The notes: a model not told the origin generated them from the letters alone. 63,997 nt of DNA, filler included, from Ionaspis alba (GCA_964255285.1; 8 parts of 8 records of this genome joined end to end with filler, not necessarily neighbours in it); one strand, 5' to 3'; shown: positions 1 through 13,228, numbered from the whole stretch's first letter. Numbers and translations: made by a program.

Positions 1-739
1 GGGACGGGGTTTGGAGGGTAAGGAGGAGTGGGTTGATGGAGAGGATTATGTAGGTTGGAGTGAGGGTTGGGATGGTAAGGAGTATTTGCCGCAGGGGACG
101 GTGGGGTGCGTTTGTCTGGACAGTGAGGGCGTGCTTTGTGTCGCTACGAGTACGGGGGGTCTGACTAATAAATTGGCGGGGAGGATTGGGGATACGCCGA
201 CGCTGGGAGCGGGGTTTTGGGCCGAGGAGTGGGAGATTCCTGTTCCGAAGGTTGTGAGGCAGCCGGCAGTGGCACCCCTTGGGAATCTACTGCTGGGGGA
301 GTTGAAAAAAATGATTGGGACATGTGTGCCAGGTCTGGCCGAATACACGGTTCTTCGAGATGCGGATGGTGACTTTGAGAGTGAGGACGAGAAGGCGCCT
401 ACTACGGTTGTGCAAGGAGCGGCCATGTCCGGAACTGGAAATGGAGACTCGTTCCTGAGGCTTGCTGCTGTGCACACTGCCGCGACTATTGCACGATTTG
501 GACCTGGGAGATCGCTTGCTTCGGCTGTGAGGCAAATTGCCGGTTCGGGAGGCGATTTGCAGCAGTCGGCTGGAGATCGGTGGGGAAAGACCGGAGAAGG
601 GGAGGGAGGCATTATTGGGATTGAGATTGTGGGTAGAAAGGGGGAAGTGGTGTTCGACTTCAACTGTGGTGGTATGTTTAGAGCTTGGGTTGATAATGAC
701 GGATTAGAGAGGATGATGGTTTTCAAGGATGAGTATTGA
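1..739 (+). CDS. Asparaginase-2 / isoaspartyl peptidase family Ntn-hydrolase, 3' part (5' end outside window)
   Basis: Catalytic Thr motif QGTVGCV, then [32 protein letters not shown] and FNCGGMFRA. Confidence 0.9.
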   Translation, partial: GRGLEGKEEWVDGEDYVGWSEGWDGKEYLPQGTVGCVCLDSEGVLCVATSTGGLTNKLAGRIGDTPTLGAGFWAEEWEIPVPKVVRQPAVAPLGNLLLGELKKMIGTCVPGLAEYTVLRDADGDFESEDEKAPTTVVQGAAMSGTGNGDSFLRLAAVHTAATIARFGPGRSLASAVRQIAGSGGDLQQSAGDRWGKTGEGEGGIIGIEIVGRKGEVVFDFNCGGMFRAWVDNDGLERMMVFKDEY

Positions 740-1040
740 GATATAGAATAGATATAGAGATAGATGTAGAATTTCCTGATATATGATATATTGCGGGTGC
801 ACATATCTCAGTCTGTCATATGTGCTATCATTTAAGATTTTGTGGCCTCGCTTTAGAGTGCAGGATATCAATTTTGCATCTTGAAGGGAAAAGCGCCTTT
901 CAACTCCAGCGCTCGCTAGACATAACGCCAGTAAATGCTCCCCCATATCATCAGGCGACGTAGCGTTATGTCGAGTCAGATACACACCGATCTGAGGTCG
1001 TGGTTCAAATACTTTACCTCCTCTCACAGCTAGTACTATC

Positions 1041-2456
1041 TCATTTGGCTTCCACATAATTACTACCGCAAGTCAGTACCCACAAGTCCACTAGGATACG
1101 CCAGATACTCACCTTGGGAATATCCCCACTCGATCTCCAATTCTACCCGTCCACCAGTCTGTTGGATTATCCGTTCTTTTCGTAATCGTAATAACATCAC
1201 CCTTCTTAAACCCCAAATCTCCCTCTTGAGCCGGATCGAACGTAAATAACGCAACAGCTTGATTTGCTCCTATCGAGCTAGCCGTTGCCTTTGGTTTGAA
1301 TTGCGGTTTAGGTGCTGTAGGTCTACTCGGTTTGCGGTCGCTATATGAGTAGTCGTCTCCTATAGTCTGTCTTCTGGAACCGATGTTATCGAAGGTCTCG
1401 TTTGGATTGGCTCGTGTACTGTAAGATCGATTCGGAGGAGCCGTTTGCGGTTGGTGGTCGTAGACATCATCGTTCCATGTGCTTGCGCGATTGCGTCTAG
1501 CCTCATAGCCATATCCTTCTGGTGTAGTCGCGGTGCTGGTAGGTCTCGACCGCCCAGGCACATCCTCGTAGCTCTCGTCGTAGACCGGGATGTCGTTGTA
1601 CATGCTATCATTCGGGTTACTGACAACACCCGCAAAGACTCTCGAGTTCAAGACCCGCATCAACGGCTCTGCCTCCGGTGGTGGCCGGACACCGCCCTCG
1701 AGAAGCTGCCGAGCAGTGATGCGACTGTTGTACATTTTCTCATTTGCATCTCTTCTTTCCATAAGCACACCGCCCTCGAGACTCACGCCTGCAAACAGAC
1801 CCTTCGTCTTGCTGTAACTGAACACGCCCGCCACACCCTTCATGCTCGCAGCACCAGCCGCCTCTGCATTTCTTCCCACTGGTCCAGCGGCAATCGAGAC
1901 GTTTCCACCCAGCGTCAAGGAACCCTGTTGCGAGAAGTTCCGCACAGCCGCGGCATCGTTGAGGATGAAAACAAAATCCGTCAATTCGAATCCAATTTGT
2001 CCACCAAAACCAGCTCCTCCTGTCATGAGCGCAGATGGCGCAGACCAGGTGCCATCGCCGAGGCGAGCTACCACGATACCGGAACCAAATCGTGCTGAGC
2101 CTAGGAAGCCGGCTTTGATGACTGTGAGGATTGCGAGACCCTAGAGAAAAATCAGTCGTCAATGGGACTGGAATGATCTGGTGGGGTTTGACGAACCTTT
2201 GCCTGGGCGAGAATTTGAGGAGGTATGACTTTGTCTGGGCCGAACGCTTGCTTTGGGTCGACGAAGGAAGCGAGGACTTTGGCGGCTTTCTTGCATTCAC
2301 CTGAAAAGCGGTTAGTGGGAAGCCCAGGTCCAGACGATGATGGTCCGGACGATAATAATCCACACGGAAGTGGTTTAGGTGAAAGCGGTCCAAACGATAA
2401 TGGGCTCACTTACTCTTCATAGAAGAGGGCAAAGGATTGTTGATGCCAAACACCAT
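1041..2456 (-). CDS. YSC84: SYLF (Ysc84) domain + C-terminal SH3 protein, Ysc84/Lsb3 family; 4 exons
   Basis: Spliced N-terminus MVFGINNPLPSSMKS|ECKKAAKVLASFVDP..., SYLF motifs GGQIGFELTDFVFILN and FSYSKTKGLFAGVSLEG, SH3 ALFTF...WWTG..GIFP|SNYVEAK*. GT-AG introns near 2301-2413, 2142-2197 and 1063-1111. Confidence 0.93.
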
Positions 2457-2912
2457 TTTGAGTTATCTTTGAATTCAAATGATGGGTATGATGTCTCAGA
2501 TAAAGCTAGGGGACACTCAGAAGCCGTACTTGTAGGCGCTCGGAAGTGGATAAATCTTGGTGAGCCGATGACGCAGGTGAGGTGGCTTTGCTTGCTTCGA
2601 CTTTGCTGCAGAAGGGTCCACCATGCAGTGACCGGTTTTTGATATCCCTGACGCTGAATATTGCTTGGTCAGAAGACGTTTTTCGATGGTACGATCCTGA
2701 TATTATTTCTTGCAGAAGAACTTTTACAGATGAAGTATTGCGGCCCAAGAAAACGTGCTTCGCAACCTAGCCACGTGCTTGTAGGGCTCTGGTCACCCCG
2801 GTCTTGGCATCCAGGGTCTTAGTTGGATGTCGTTGTCTTCAGATTCCAACAAAGCACCTCAACTTCGGGTACTCGGTCATTCTCCTGCCTCCTGACACCT
2901 TTACCGCTCAAG

Positions 2913-3494
2913 ATGTCGGATGCCTATGAGCGCGAAAGGTATGACTGCACAGCTGACTATTCGAGCCGATCCATCGTGCTGATCCCGTCCCTAGGCAGAA
3001 CAACTCCCGCCTCGATGAACTCTCCTCCAAAGTCTCCGCTCTTCGGGGCGTCACAGTAGACATCTACGACAATGCACGAAGTCAGGACGTGATAGATAAC
3101 AGCGTATGTACCTGGCCCACTCCAATATCTGCCGTCTACAGCGAGAACCTTATACTAATAGTTGGGCATGTGATATACAGAATGAAGTCTTCTCCAACCT
3201 CTCCACCTCTCTCAAAGGCAGCGCCAACCGCCTGGGACGGATGGCNNNNNNNNNNNNNNNNNNNNNNNNNNNNNNNNNNNNNNNNNNNNNNNNNNNNNNN
3301 NNNNNNNNNNNNNNNNNNNNNNNNNNNNNNNNNNNNNNNNNNNNNTCTCCAACCTCTCCACCTCTCTCAAAGGCAGCGCCAACCGCCTGGGACGGATGGC
3401 GCAGCAGGGTAATAAGGTCGCAATATTGAAATTGGCTGGCGGAATAATAGGAACTGTGATTCTGTCTTGGTGGATACTTAGCTTCTTCTGGTAG
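2913..3494 (+). CDS. BET1: Bet1-like Qc-SNARE, tail-anchored; interrupted by a false assembly gap
   Basis: Spliced product MSDAYERE|RQNNSRLDELSSKVSALRGVTVDIYDNARSQDVIDNS|NEVFSNLSTSLKGSANRLGRMAQQGNKVAILKLAGGIIGTVILSWWILSFFW*: SNARE heptads plus a C-terminal transmembrane helix. Confidence 0.85.
3191..3400. repeat. 55-bp exact duplication flanking a 100-N gap (unmerged contig overlap)
   Basis: 3191-3245 is identical to 3346-3400. Collapsing the two copies restores the BET1 reading frame. Confidence 0.92.
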
Positions 3495-3767
3495 CTGGGC
3501 CTATATTGAGCTGAGGAAAAGGCGTTTTTGTATAAGCTCATGGGTTTGTTGAGTTTGTAGGATGCTAGGCATTGGGGGAACGGAGCGATTGTTTGCATCG
3601 GCATGGCGTTATAGTCTTGGGATCGATTGTGTTAAGTACTAAGTCCGGAGAGAGCCAGTATATTTATCTGCCTCCATTATACGCATTCCGTTCTACCAAA
3701 CTATGACAGACCTCGCTAGCATGCATATCGCAAAGTCAAATTCCTTACTTCCAGTCCAACTCCATAA

Positions 3768-5882
3768 CTATTGCCAAACATTTGACCACAAATCCTCACT
3801 AGGCGGCGCGCTGAACGACGGCTTGCTCTGCTGAGAGTCACTCTTTGGAGGTGCCATGATTGGTATCGCAGGTGTCTCAGGAGCTGCGCTATTCCAACCT
3901 CCAAAATCTTCCTCGGCGGTGACCTTCGGAGCTGGCGGAGATTGCATGCCGAAACCGCCGCCATGCGGGATCGAAGGCATACCGAAACCACCACCTCCAG
4001 TGTTGCCTAGACCCGCACTTGGAGCTGGAGTGTGGCCCCAGCCGAAGTCACTCTGCGTAGCTGAAGAAGCTGCAGCCGGCGATTTGACGGAGGCTGTTTG
4101 TGGTGTTGCGACAGCTGGTTGGTCGGGAGTTGACCATGGATCACTGGAACCCCAAGCATCGGCGGCAGAGAGTCCAGAGAAATTGCTTTGCGTAGGAGGA
4201 GCGGATGATTGGATGACGGGTGCATAGTTGGAGGGTGGCGCAGGTTTCGACAAGTTGAAAACCGATGCAATATTGCCAGATTTGGTGGTTGGGTTTGCTG
4301 GTCTGGCGGAGGAGACTGAAGGTGGTGATGAAAGATCGAGTAGACCATTTGAACTATTAGCAGCGGAAGAGGCAGTAGCTGGATTCAGAGCAGAGCTGAA
4401 TTCTCCAAAGCCATCGGAAGCGTTGCTGATCTTGCGAAGTGCTGGTGGTGGAGGCTTTGATGCGGTGGTTTTCGGAGGAGGTTTAGGACCAGTGTCGAAG
4501 AAGTTTCCACCACTCAAGGGTGGAGAGGTTACCTGGGCTGGTGCAGGGGTTGACTTCTGAGCTGTTATCTGGCCGAATGAAGCGAATGGGGAAGGTTTGG
4601 GTTGTTGCTGTGGTTGAGGAGCGGCAGCTGCGGTGGATGTAGAATTGAAATTGAGACTGCTGAAAGCGTCATCTAATCCGCCAAATGCTGATGACTGCCC
4701 AACCGATGGGCCTTGCAGGCCTCCAAATGAGCTTTGTCTTCCGTGCTGAGGTTGTGACTGTGATGTGGGTTGTGACTGCTGTTGAGGCTGAGTCCGTGGG
4801 GTAACGGCATATAGGGAAAGTATTGATTGCTTGAGATCAGGCCGAGATGGACCGCTGGAGCCCATCGGCTTGGATGAAGCACTCGCCGGCCGCTCTGGTG
4901 GTGTCCCAAAGAAATCGAGACCTCCCAAGAGCTGAGATGGAGCGGCTGACTTAGGGGGTGGAGGTCGAGCACTTGGTGCATCTGTCGTGCTAGGTCGTGC
5001 TGGAGGGCTTGGAATGTCGTCGCCTCCAATGAGATCAAAGGTTGGCTGTGCTCGTCTCGGCGGAGGTGCGACTGGCTGAGTTGGTGCTGAAGAATTTCGT
5101 TGTGAGGATGACCGGTCTAATTTGGCCTTCTCTTGAACAATGTTCAGAGGCTATTCCGAGAATATTTAGTTTGAGGGTTCAAAATATGCCCAGAAGCTAT
5201 TCGATACGTACCACATCGTCGTCCCCCTCAGTATCGAGAGTCGATGGATCCGGCATTGGACCTTCCATAACCCATCTTTTAGACTCGTATTTTGTTCTGA
5301 TAAAGTTCTCAATTTTCCTATCCATGATTTTAGACTCTCATGCCCAGGACGATGTTCTGTGGCCTTGCTCACGCTTCCGAGGGTATATGGCCTGGCGCCA
5401 ATTTTGCTTCCCAATATCTGCTTGCATCAGCATCGCCCTGACTAGTAATCCTCGACCCTAACGACTGACTTGTTTGCTCTTGCATTTCCCCACCTCAGGA
5501 CACTTTGCAGCTGCTCGTCCGTCCATGAATCCAGATCCACAGATTTAACCCGACTGATATGTGTTCCCATTCCACGATGAATCCCTGAACATCTGAAGTC
5601 TCCTTAGTCTTAAGCCCTAGTATAGTCACTCTGGAATTGTATCTACCTTATACAGACAAAGACTCCCAGATTCCAGCTCGCCCATCTTGGATCTATGTTC
5701 AAACAATCATTAGAGTGGGATGCTCAAAAATTGTGACCCGACGCTCATCACGTAGATTGCATACGTTTGTTTCTCTTGCAATCTGCACAACTCTTATTTC
5801 CTTCTAGTTTTAATAAGCTCTTTATGGTTTGCAGGTTCTGGGCCGCGCGGTCCGCGCCTGGATTTGGAGGTCTTCTGGACAT
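3768..5882 (-). CDS. ArfGAP zinc-finger protein (Age2/SMAP-like) with long low-complexity C-terminus
   Basis: [81 protein letters not shown]; ends EDLWSNVWQ*. Confidence 0.92.
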
Positions 5883-6337
5883 CTTCGGTACTGCCTTTTC
5901 TCTTTGACGGAACTTGGTGTTTCCAGACAGTAGTGAAGAGTGATCAGGTTTGAGGCTGGGTTTTATAACTTTTTTGGTCAAACGTTGTGTTACTGTGTAC
6001 CTGGTCTAAGCTTGAAGATCGCTTACGGGTAGGTGTAGCCGAGACAACGAAGTGATATGGGTCAACAAGGTCGTGGGACTCTATTACAGTTCAACTTGTC
6101 CTTTACACAAAACTTTAGGCTGAACGAAGTCGTCCATGGTCTGCACATTGTTCCATATAATGATTTTTGTCATTCTGTATTTCCTGCCCTTTCTGTACAC
6201 AACATGACCGCACTCCTGGTGGTAACGGTAACAAATTGCAAGGAAGTCCCAAAGTCGCTGCGAACAAGATATATTACACCCCCATGGCTACAAGAACAAC
6301 CGTCATTTCTTCTCACTTCATCCACATTTCCGCATCA

Positions 6338-7053
6338 TTAGACCTTGCTTCCATTGTCCGCTGCATTCGTCTTCCCCTCTTTCTTGAGATTCAAGGAGAT
6401 ACCGTTCACACAGTGTCTCTCATCTGTGGGTGTTGGATATCCTTCTCCTTTGAAGACATGACCCAAATGTCCTCCGCAATTTGAGCAGACTATCTCAGTT
6501 CTTGCCATGCCTCCGCTGTCATCTTCGTATCGCTTCACGGCGCCAGGAATACTATCGAAATATGCTGGCCAACCACATCCGCTTTTGAACTTGTGGTTGG
6601 CTTTGTAGAGAGGAGCGTCGCAGGCAGCGCAGTTGTAAACACCTGAAGAGGGCATGTCCATATCGTACTTGCTACTGTACGGGTGTTCTGTACCCTTCTG
6701 GCGAAGAACGTTGAATTGTTCTAGGTCAAATAGTACGAGTCAGTCCTCCAGCTACCTGTAATTGAGTCCTGCAATAAGTCGCTGAGATGATTGAACCACT
6801 GACCTTGACTTAGCACGGCTCGCCACTCATTATCACTCTTCTGCACTGGGAAGATATCCATATTCTTCATATTCTTCGAGCCCGAGCTACTGAACAGAGA
6901 TCCAAAGAAAGGGATCGTAGGCATAGACTTGAGAGTCGTTACTCTTTTAAAAGATGGAAGGGTTTTCTGCTGAAGGGATGGAAAGGTGCGGACAGTGGCG
7001 TTAGATAACGTATAGAGAGTTCGTACGATATTTGGGAAAGACGGAAGACGCAT
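6338..7053 (-). CDS. MXR2: Methionine-R-sulfoxide reductase MsrB with probable mitochondrial presequence
   Basis: QFNVLRQKGTEHPY, CAACDAPLY...KFKSGCGWPAYF, RTEIVCSNCGGHLGHVF, ERHCVNGISL. One intron near 6721-6803. N-terminus is Arg/Ser/Thr-rich and lacks acidic residues. Confidence 0.95.
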
Positions 7054-7951
7054 GAGATTATATGCAAGACGATGAGGACAATAATGACAATTTCTGAGGC
7101 GTCTTCAGTGGTAATGTAGGAAATGATTTGTCAAGCTACGCAAGCGTTATCACGATTTGAGATTCTATTTCGTCCAAAGTTAGTGATGACATCGGCGACA
7201 GGGGTATAAAGGTACTATCCAGGTTAAGCCCATTTTAAGTGTCGGAGGTGTGAGCATCGGCAGGCAGCTCACAGAAATATCCTTCAGTCAAGGACAAGGA
7301 CAACAGCAGAATGACGAACATTGCCTGGTCTACCTTGGATAGCCGATTTGATCCGTCAGACACTTCAATTCCAGCATGAGGTTTTCATTTTGGTATTGTT
7401 TATCCAGGAAGAAGAATACCCTCGATAGTCCTTCCGAGATTGGACGCTTCTATTGTCAATTCGACTGGAGTACCCTCTACATATATCCCCGAAATGAACA
7501 AGCTCAAACAGCAAAGCCGGCTTGACCTTTCGAGGAATAAATATCGTTTTGTTCTCCAGACCTGTGGATAATATTCTGATTGCAGCTACTATTAAACTGT
7601 GGCTTCAACAGCTTGAACGTTCAACAGTCGCGACCCTTCAATCAAGTTAATTTGAGTTGCAGACCTGATACCCTGTATCGTTGAAGCCAAGGCACGAAAG
7701 GACGAGCTCTCTGCACAGCTCGCGTTCGCGTAATTGTATTGTGTGCCGATGATTGTGGAGTAAGGTTCTACGTTGATGAAGAGACAGGCGCTCATGTCTT
7801 TTTTATTTGTTCCAGCGTTTGCACAACTTTACACGAAATGAACCTCGATATCCTAGACAAGAGGATACCGTAGATATCGGCGAAGGATGAGTGTTCGCGC
7901 TGCGCCACTCACGGTAGGAGTTCTACGCCATACCAACATCACGACCGTCAA

Positions 7952-8051
7952 NNNNNNNNNNNNNNNNNNNNNNNNNNNNNNNNNNNNNNNNNNNNTTAAT
8001 TAATTAANNNNNNNNNNNNNNNNNNNNNNNNNNNNNNNNNNNNNNNNNNNN
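7952..8051. other. Artificial scaffold spacer N44-TTAATTAATTAA-N44
   Basis: 12-mer with stop codons in all six frames, centred in Ns; identical at seven positions. Confidence 0.97.
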
Positions 8052-8295
8052 GGTTTCCATTATCATAAGCTCATAGCAACATCTCAGTCAAGTACTTGTC
8101 GAATCTATCTGTAACAGCAAGGAGAGTCATTCTGGAAAGACGTGTGCATAAGGAGAGTCGTTAGAGCCTGTTTGGCATTTTGTGTAGGATCATAAGCAAG
8201 ACTGGCAATTTGGTAGCAGTAGCACCAACGCAAGTAGAATGCCGTAGTATCTCAGACCATGAAGATTACCGATCATCCTAGCTCGATTGCGTGAT

Positions 8296-9162
8296 TTAGG
8301 CCATCTTCTTGTTGATTCCTTTGAGTTCGACTTCACTGTTCGTATCGAGGGAGTCGTTAGCAAACATGTTCGTTCATTTGTTGCAGATATCGGAAGAGCT
8401 GGAAGCCATCGGCGATAGCGTTTTCGGGGATAAGTATCTTCCAACCTCCGTGACGCATGTCGGGGACGGCCGCAGCTAGCCGAGAAGGGCTTCTGGGGCA
8501 GGCGGGTTGGAGAAATTGCAGGACTTACAAGACTAAGGTCGCATTGGGAGGGATGAGATTGGGGAAACCACTGAATGAGGAATGTCAGTGTCAGCGGGAG
8601 TGGTCAGAGATCTGCGTGGGATGTGCTTTGACCCTCTGGCGTGGGGGTGGCTTACCGGTCGCCGTAGGCGTAGTCACTGGAGGATATAAGTTAGCCAGAG
8701 CAATTGCGAGTTACCAGGTCTTGCTATCTCCTCATGGAATTTTGGAAAAGCTTGCTCAGCGGCGCAGGATTCCTTACCCTGTGATCGTGAGGATGCTCTT
8801 CTCTCCCAAGGTCATCTCTGTGACACCCTCGTCCCACCCTTCACCGCTCATCAGCTTCTGCTGTTTGATAGGTTCGGAGCTCTGCTGAGTATATCGAGTG
8901 TACCTCTGATGACCTTCCCCACGCCAATAGCTGTCTTGAAGTCCCCGCGTCCCTTGGAGGAGTCGAACCTGTAAAGAGGGAGAGTCAACTTGAGGAGTGA
9001 TGATGGTAGTGCAACCTCGACATACTGTTTGCCTCTGTAATCGTTGTTCGCCCCCTTGGCTTCTTCGTAGAGATTGCCCGTGTATTCAATGGTAACCTCG
9101 TCGCCCTTCTTCGGCTTGTCAACACCATTGCCCTGCTTCAGGACCTTTCTGGTGACACCCAT
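8296..9162 (-). CDS. FPR1: FKBP12-type peptidyl-prolyl cis-trans isomerase; 6 exons
   Basis: MGVTRKVLKQGNG..PKKGDEVTIEYTG...|FDSSKGRGDFKTAIGVGKVIR|GWDEGVTEMTLGEKSILTITG|DYAYGDR|GFPNLIPPNATLVF|EVELKGINKKMA*, all with GT-AG introns. Confidence 0.95.
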
Positions 9163-11364
9163 TTCGAACTACGTGTTGGTGATTTGGATATTCGGGAGTT
9201 GTTGGTCAGGAACTTGGTCGAAGGATCGATTGAGGGTGGAAGGAGAAGAGATGGCGAGCAATCGCTTTGTATGATGTGACGTGGGGTCGATGTGGTGAGA
9301 TGTGTGAAGGTAGGGAAAAAAGGAATTGATCCCTAGGAGTAAAGTAGGTTTCGCTTCTTGAGCTAAACAGCTGGCTGCAGAGGGCTTACAACTGCAGCCT
9401 CGTTTATCAGTCTATCTCTGCACGGTCGAGAGTCCAGTTCGAAGAGGGGAAGGTTTCGGGGAAGGGTAGGTACGTTTGGGTCGTGCATTGCTAGGTCGAG
9501 TAATACGTACCTTCATTTCACCTTCTGCTCGGGGGAATTCTTCGGCACCCCCTCCATTTGCACATGCCACAGGAGATCGCTGCTTTCTCCCTGGATACAA
9601 TGCTTCATGCTAGAGGTCAATTGACCAAGAGAAACATGGTCTCGAACTGCAAGGCCGAGAATTAGGCAGTCTCTCTCCCTCGATTGAATACGTGTCGACG
9701 GAGTGGGGGTGGAGGGACGACGAGAAAACGGTAGCAGGGGGTTTATGGGTTGGTGCTCAGACTTCTTTTCCCCGATAATAGTGTCCAGAGCTGTTGAGGT
9801 AGTAGTGTCGAAGGACCTGCAGCTTGTGCACAAGTACCATGGACGGAACTGTGGTTGGCGGAGGGAGATTCGCTCCATCCCACTTCGCGCTGGTGCTAGA
9901 CGCAGAAGGCTCAAGGGAAGAAAAGACAACCTCCATTACGAAATCACGACGGGTATTGTTCATGGATGCGCACCGATTATCCATCAGCTCGGAGCTTCTG
10001 GCCTTTAAAGACACGATTGTGGCGTGCGAAGGGCGTCAGGTAGGGAGCAAGCGGAGGTGAGTTGTTTGCCATGGAAGTACTATCGCTGTCCCCCGATCTT
10101 TTGCCCTAATCAACAGGTTGCTGCAAGCCATCCCACTTCTTGAGTAATCTTCAACCTGCAGCGGCCATACATGTTGCAGAGACCAGATTTGCCAAAGCAC
10201 ATCGGATTCACGATGTGAAAGTGGTCGAGAACATGCAGAAAACTTCTGACCATATCGGCCTTTTTGAGCATGCTGATCAAAGGCTGGCGATCTTCTCAAG
10301 CGTAGGTGACACCGCCAGTAGTGTCACCATTCCTATTGTATGATCTTCTAGAATCATTGTCGAACGTTGGTATAATGCATGAAGGGAAACTGTTGCAAGA
10401 TTCACGATAGTGTCGGTCGTTTACCTGCCACCTTCCACAAATTTCTAATGCACATAGAGCTGCGGCCGTTCTGCAACCTGCAGGATTCCTCCCGCTGCCA
10501 GTCCTGTTCCGAGATGCACTTCTACTACTGGAACATCATGGATGGTGGCCAATTTGCCGTTTTTCACCCAATGCACGACATGAGAGGGCCGCTCCATAAC
10601 CTTATCAGCCGAGGCGTGGCATGTTCTCGCCATTGTCTGCTTCAAACATCTTTGTAGTAATCGTGCATTGTGACACCCGTTGTGGAATGGCACAACTGAT
10701 GCGGCAGAGTACCCACCAACGACAATGGCATGCACCCCTGAAGCGGAGATACTAACAGCAGGTGTGACAGCCGTGGTGGGTAACACGACCGATTCCCGCC
10801 CTCCTCTTCGAAGTACTTGGTGTTGAAACCCCCCGCCCTACTGCATGATCGTCATTCTAGAAGACTCATTATAGGCTTCCAGCGACGACAGAACTACACT
10901 CCGCAAGCCACAGGTACCCGGCTTTGAAAGCGGGGATGCCCTTCCCTGTCCGTAGGATTCTAGACTCTGGCTTGCAAACCTAGCAATGAAAGCAGATAAA
11001 TGCACTTTACATGTATCTGTGTAGCATGAACCGAAAGATGGAGGAAGGAGGGTTGGTAGAATGAATCTTCAGATTTGCTGAAAAGAGCAAACAATCAATG
11101 TGACGAATGGCGTGACGAACTCTGTGGGTCGTAGAGCGGAAGCTCTGTCCGCCCAATGGATGCAGTGATTTGTGGTATCCATCAAAATAAAACTTGGCGG
11201 GAGGTCTTCTCCACAGTAAGGATGAGCCGATCGATCCTCTTGGAGTAGAATAACAGTTATGCCTGCAAACTATATTCTATCTTAGCGATATTGGGTATCT
11301 ATCAAAACAAACAGAATCAGAGCTCTTCGACAGTGTAAATGACCTGCCCCAATCATCTCTGATT

Positions 11365-12654
11365 TCAACTCAGCCGACCTTGCACACCGACAGCGCTATT
11401 TCCAACAACAGGACTTCTTCTTTGGGTAAAAAAGCTCATAGTTCTCCAGGAGGCCGGGAGGTCGTCCACAATTTTGCAGTCCTGTTCATCCGGTGGGTTG
11501 TCCTCCCGTCTCCCTGGCTGGGGAAAGTGGTAGTCATCATGCCTGGGCATCTCCAGGGCTTGAGGCACACCGCGGCAGAAGAAATCATGCTTCAGAAGGC
11601 TTTCAATAGTCACCGTCCGAGTGCCAATTCCAGGAAAGCGTGGATCCCTCGTTGTTCCGTTCCTTTCGAACACCACAAGCTCTTTGACGTTGACGGCCAC
11701 CATGTATTTCAGCATTCTTCTGTAGCCCCAGCCGAGTTCCTTGTAGTTGTGACTATCGTCTGAGAGACAGAATTTGCCCTTGAAGGGCCCCTGCCATGCC
11801 TGAGTATATCTGTCAGACAATACACATTGGAGCAGACATCCGTTGATGATAGACGTACCAAACATATTTCCTGCGTAGGATATGGCTCCTCCAATTTCTT
11901 CCTGATTGCTGCAGAACTGAGCTCAAGGATCCCTCCGTAATCGGCGATAAACTGCAGATTCGGCAAGATCGCTCTCCAAACACGGCTGGGATTTCTTGGA
12001 TTGGCATTAGGATCAAAGCTCTTGTATCGAATAAGATCGAAGTGGCCGACGATTGGAGGTCTCAAGGCTTTGAGCATTTCCAGCTGGGCTTTATAATAGG
12101 CTGTATGAATGAACTCGTCCTCGGTGGCCTCTAACTCGTCGAATGTCTTTGATCCGATCTCTTGGAGGACCTCTTCCTCAACGTCCCTCTGGGCTGCATC
12201 GTACATCTCGTGGTCGTAGTCAATTGGCCATCCATGAAGGTGATGTACAGAGCCAACAAAGGTGTCGAATTGATACTTAGCTAGTAGACTTTCTACAAGC
12301 TGTTTCGACGAGGGCCGAATCCACTCCGCTTCGAAGCCCACTAGGATGTTGATTTTGTCCTTGTAAATTTCTTGCAAGCGCTTTGCTTCCCAGTAGTACT
12401 TGTCAAATGTTTTGAACAAGTCATCAGGTGTGATACCAACCTGTACCTGAAAGATGGTATGAGACAGGCTTCAGAAGAAGGTGTCCAAGACCAACCTCTT
12501 CCGGATATAGGTCACAATCTAGCTCCCGTGGCATATGCTCGGTCAAGACCAAGGTTTCCATCTTCTTGTCAACTGCGGACTCCACCATCTGCTCTAGTGT
12601 GCTGTCTGCATGCTCGCAGAATTGTCCGGAATGACTGTGATGAGAGAAAGGCAT
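11365..12654 (-). CDS. HIS2: Histidinol-phosphate phosphatase (PHP family)
   Basis: MPFSHHSHSGQFC, LTEHMPR, GFEAEWIR, VGSVHH, PPIVGHFDLIR, FCLSDDSH; two introns. Confidence 0.93.
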
Positions 12655-13110
12655 GGAGGGCAAGACTAGTTTCAAGATTGAAAGGTAGGAGACGCGGTAA
12701 TAGGTGAGCCACCTAACCACTGTTGAGACTTATGAAAAGATAGAGAATTTATTAAGACTTTGTAGCATGAAGATCATTACTCTGACAATGCTGGAAGAAT
12801 CCTTCGCTACTGTAAGACCATCACCTTCGCTATATCAATCAACACTTGTTGTTTGCGAAATGCATCATGAACCAAGTAGCGGAGTTCGATTACTCTTTCC
12901 AAATGGTTCAGGATACTCGGGGCGGCTATATATTATACCGAGACATGCACTAGCATCGGCCCGGCGTAATCAGCCGGCCGTTGACCCCGCCGGCTCCGTA
13001 ACCTTCGAACCGCATGTCGAATTATCAAAAACTTCATAACAGCACTCTCCTGATGCTCTCTGGCCATTTCTGAGTCAAAGGAGATGTTAGAAAGAGCAAA
13101 AGTAACAAAA

Positions 13111-13200
13111 CGACCGACGTCGGACTCGAACCGACAGCCTCAGCTTTCCACCCACATTTCGTGCTAGGAGAGCTGCGCGCTACCATTGCGCCAGACGGCC
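13111..13200 (-). tRNA. tRNA-Arg(CCT) with 18-nt intron
   Basis: Reverse complement folds as GGCCGTC-TG-GCGC AATGGTA GCGC-G-CAGCT CTCCTA[GCACGAAATGTGGGTGGA]A AGCTG-AGGCT-GTCGG TTCGAGT CCGAC-GTCGGTC-G, followed by TTTT (Pol III terminator). Confidence 0.93.
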
Positions 13201-13228
13201 AAACACAACCAGTTATTTCGGAAAACTT

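Noticed and set aside
46..804. 252-aa antisense ORF, and similar ones at 1445-2098, 19061-19624, 35044-35517 and 63215-63814
   Set aside because: Shadow ORFs opposite well-supported or candidate sense-strand ORFs, with no recognisable motifs.
3191..3400. Tandem exon duplication in BET1
   Set aside because: An exact 55-bp copy on either side of a 100-N gap is typical of an unmerged contig overlap.
7996..8007. TTAATTAATTAA recurring every ~8 kb as a biological repeat or piggyBac-like TTAA site
   Set aside because: Always centred in exactly 44+44 Ns, which marks it as an artificial six-frame-stop linker.
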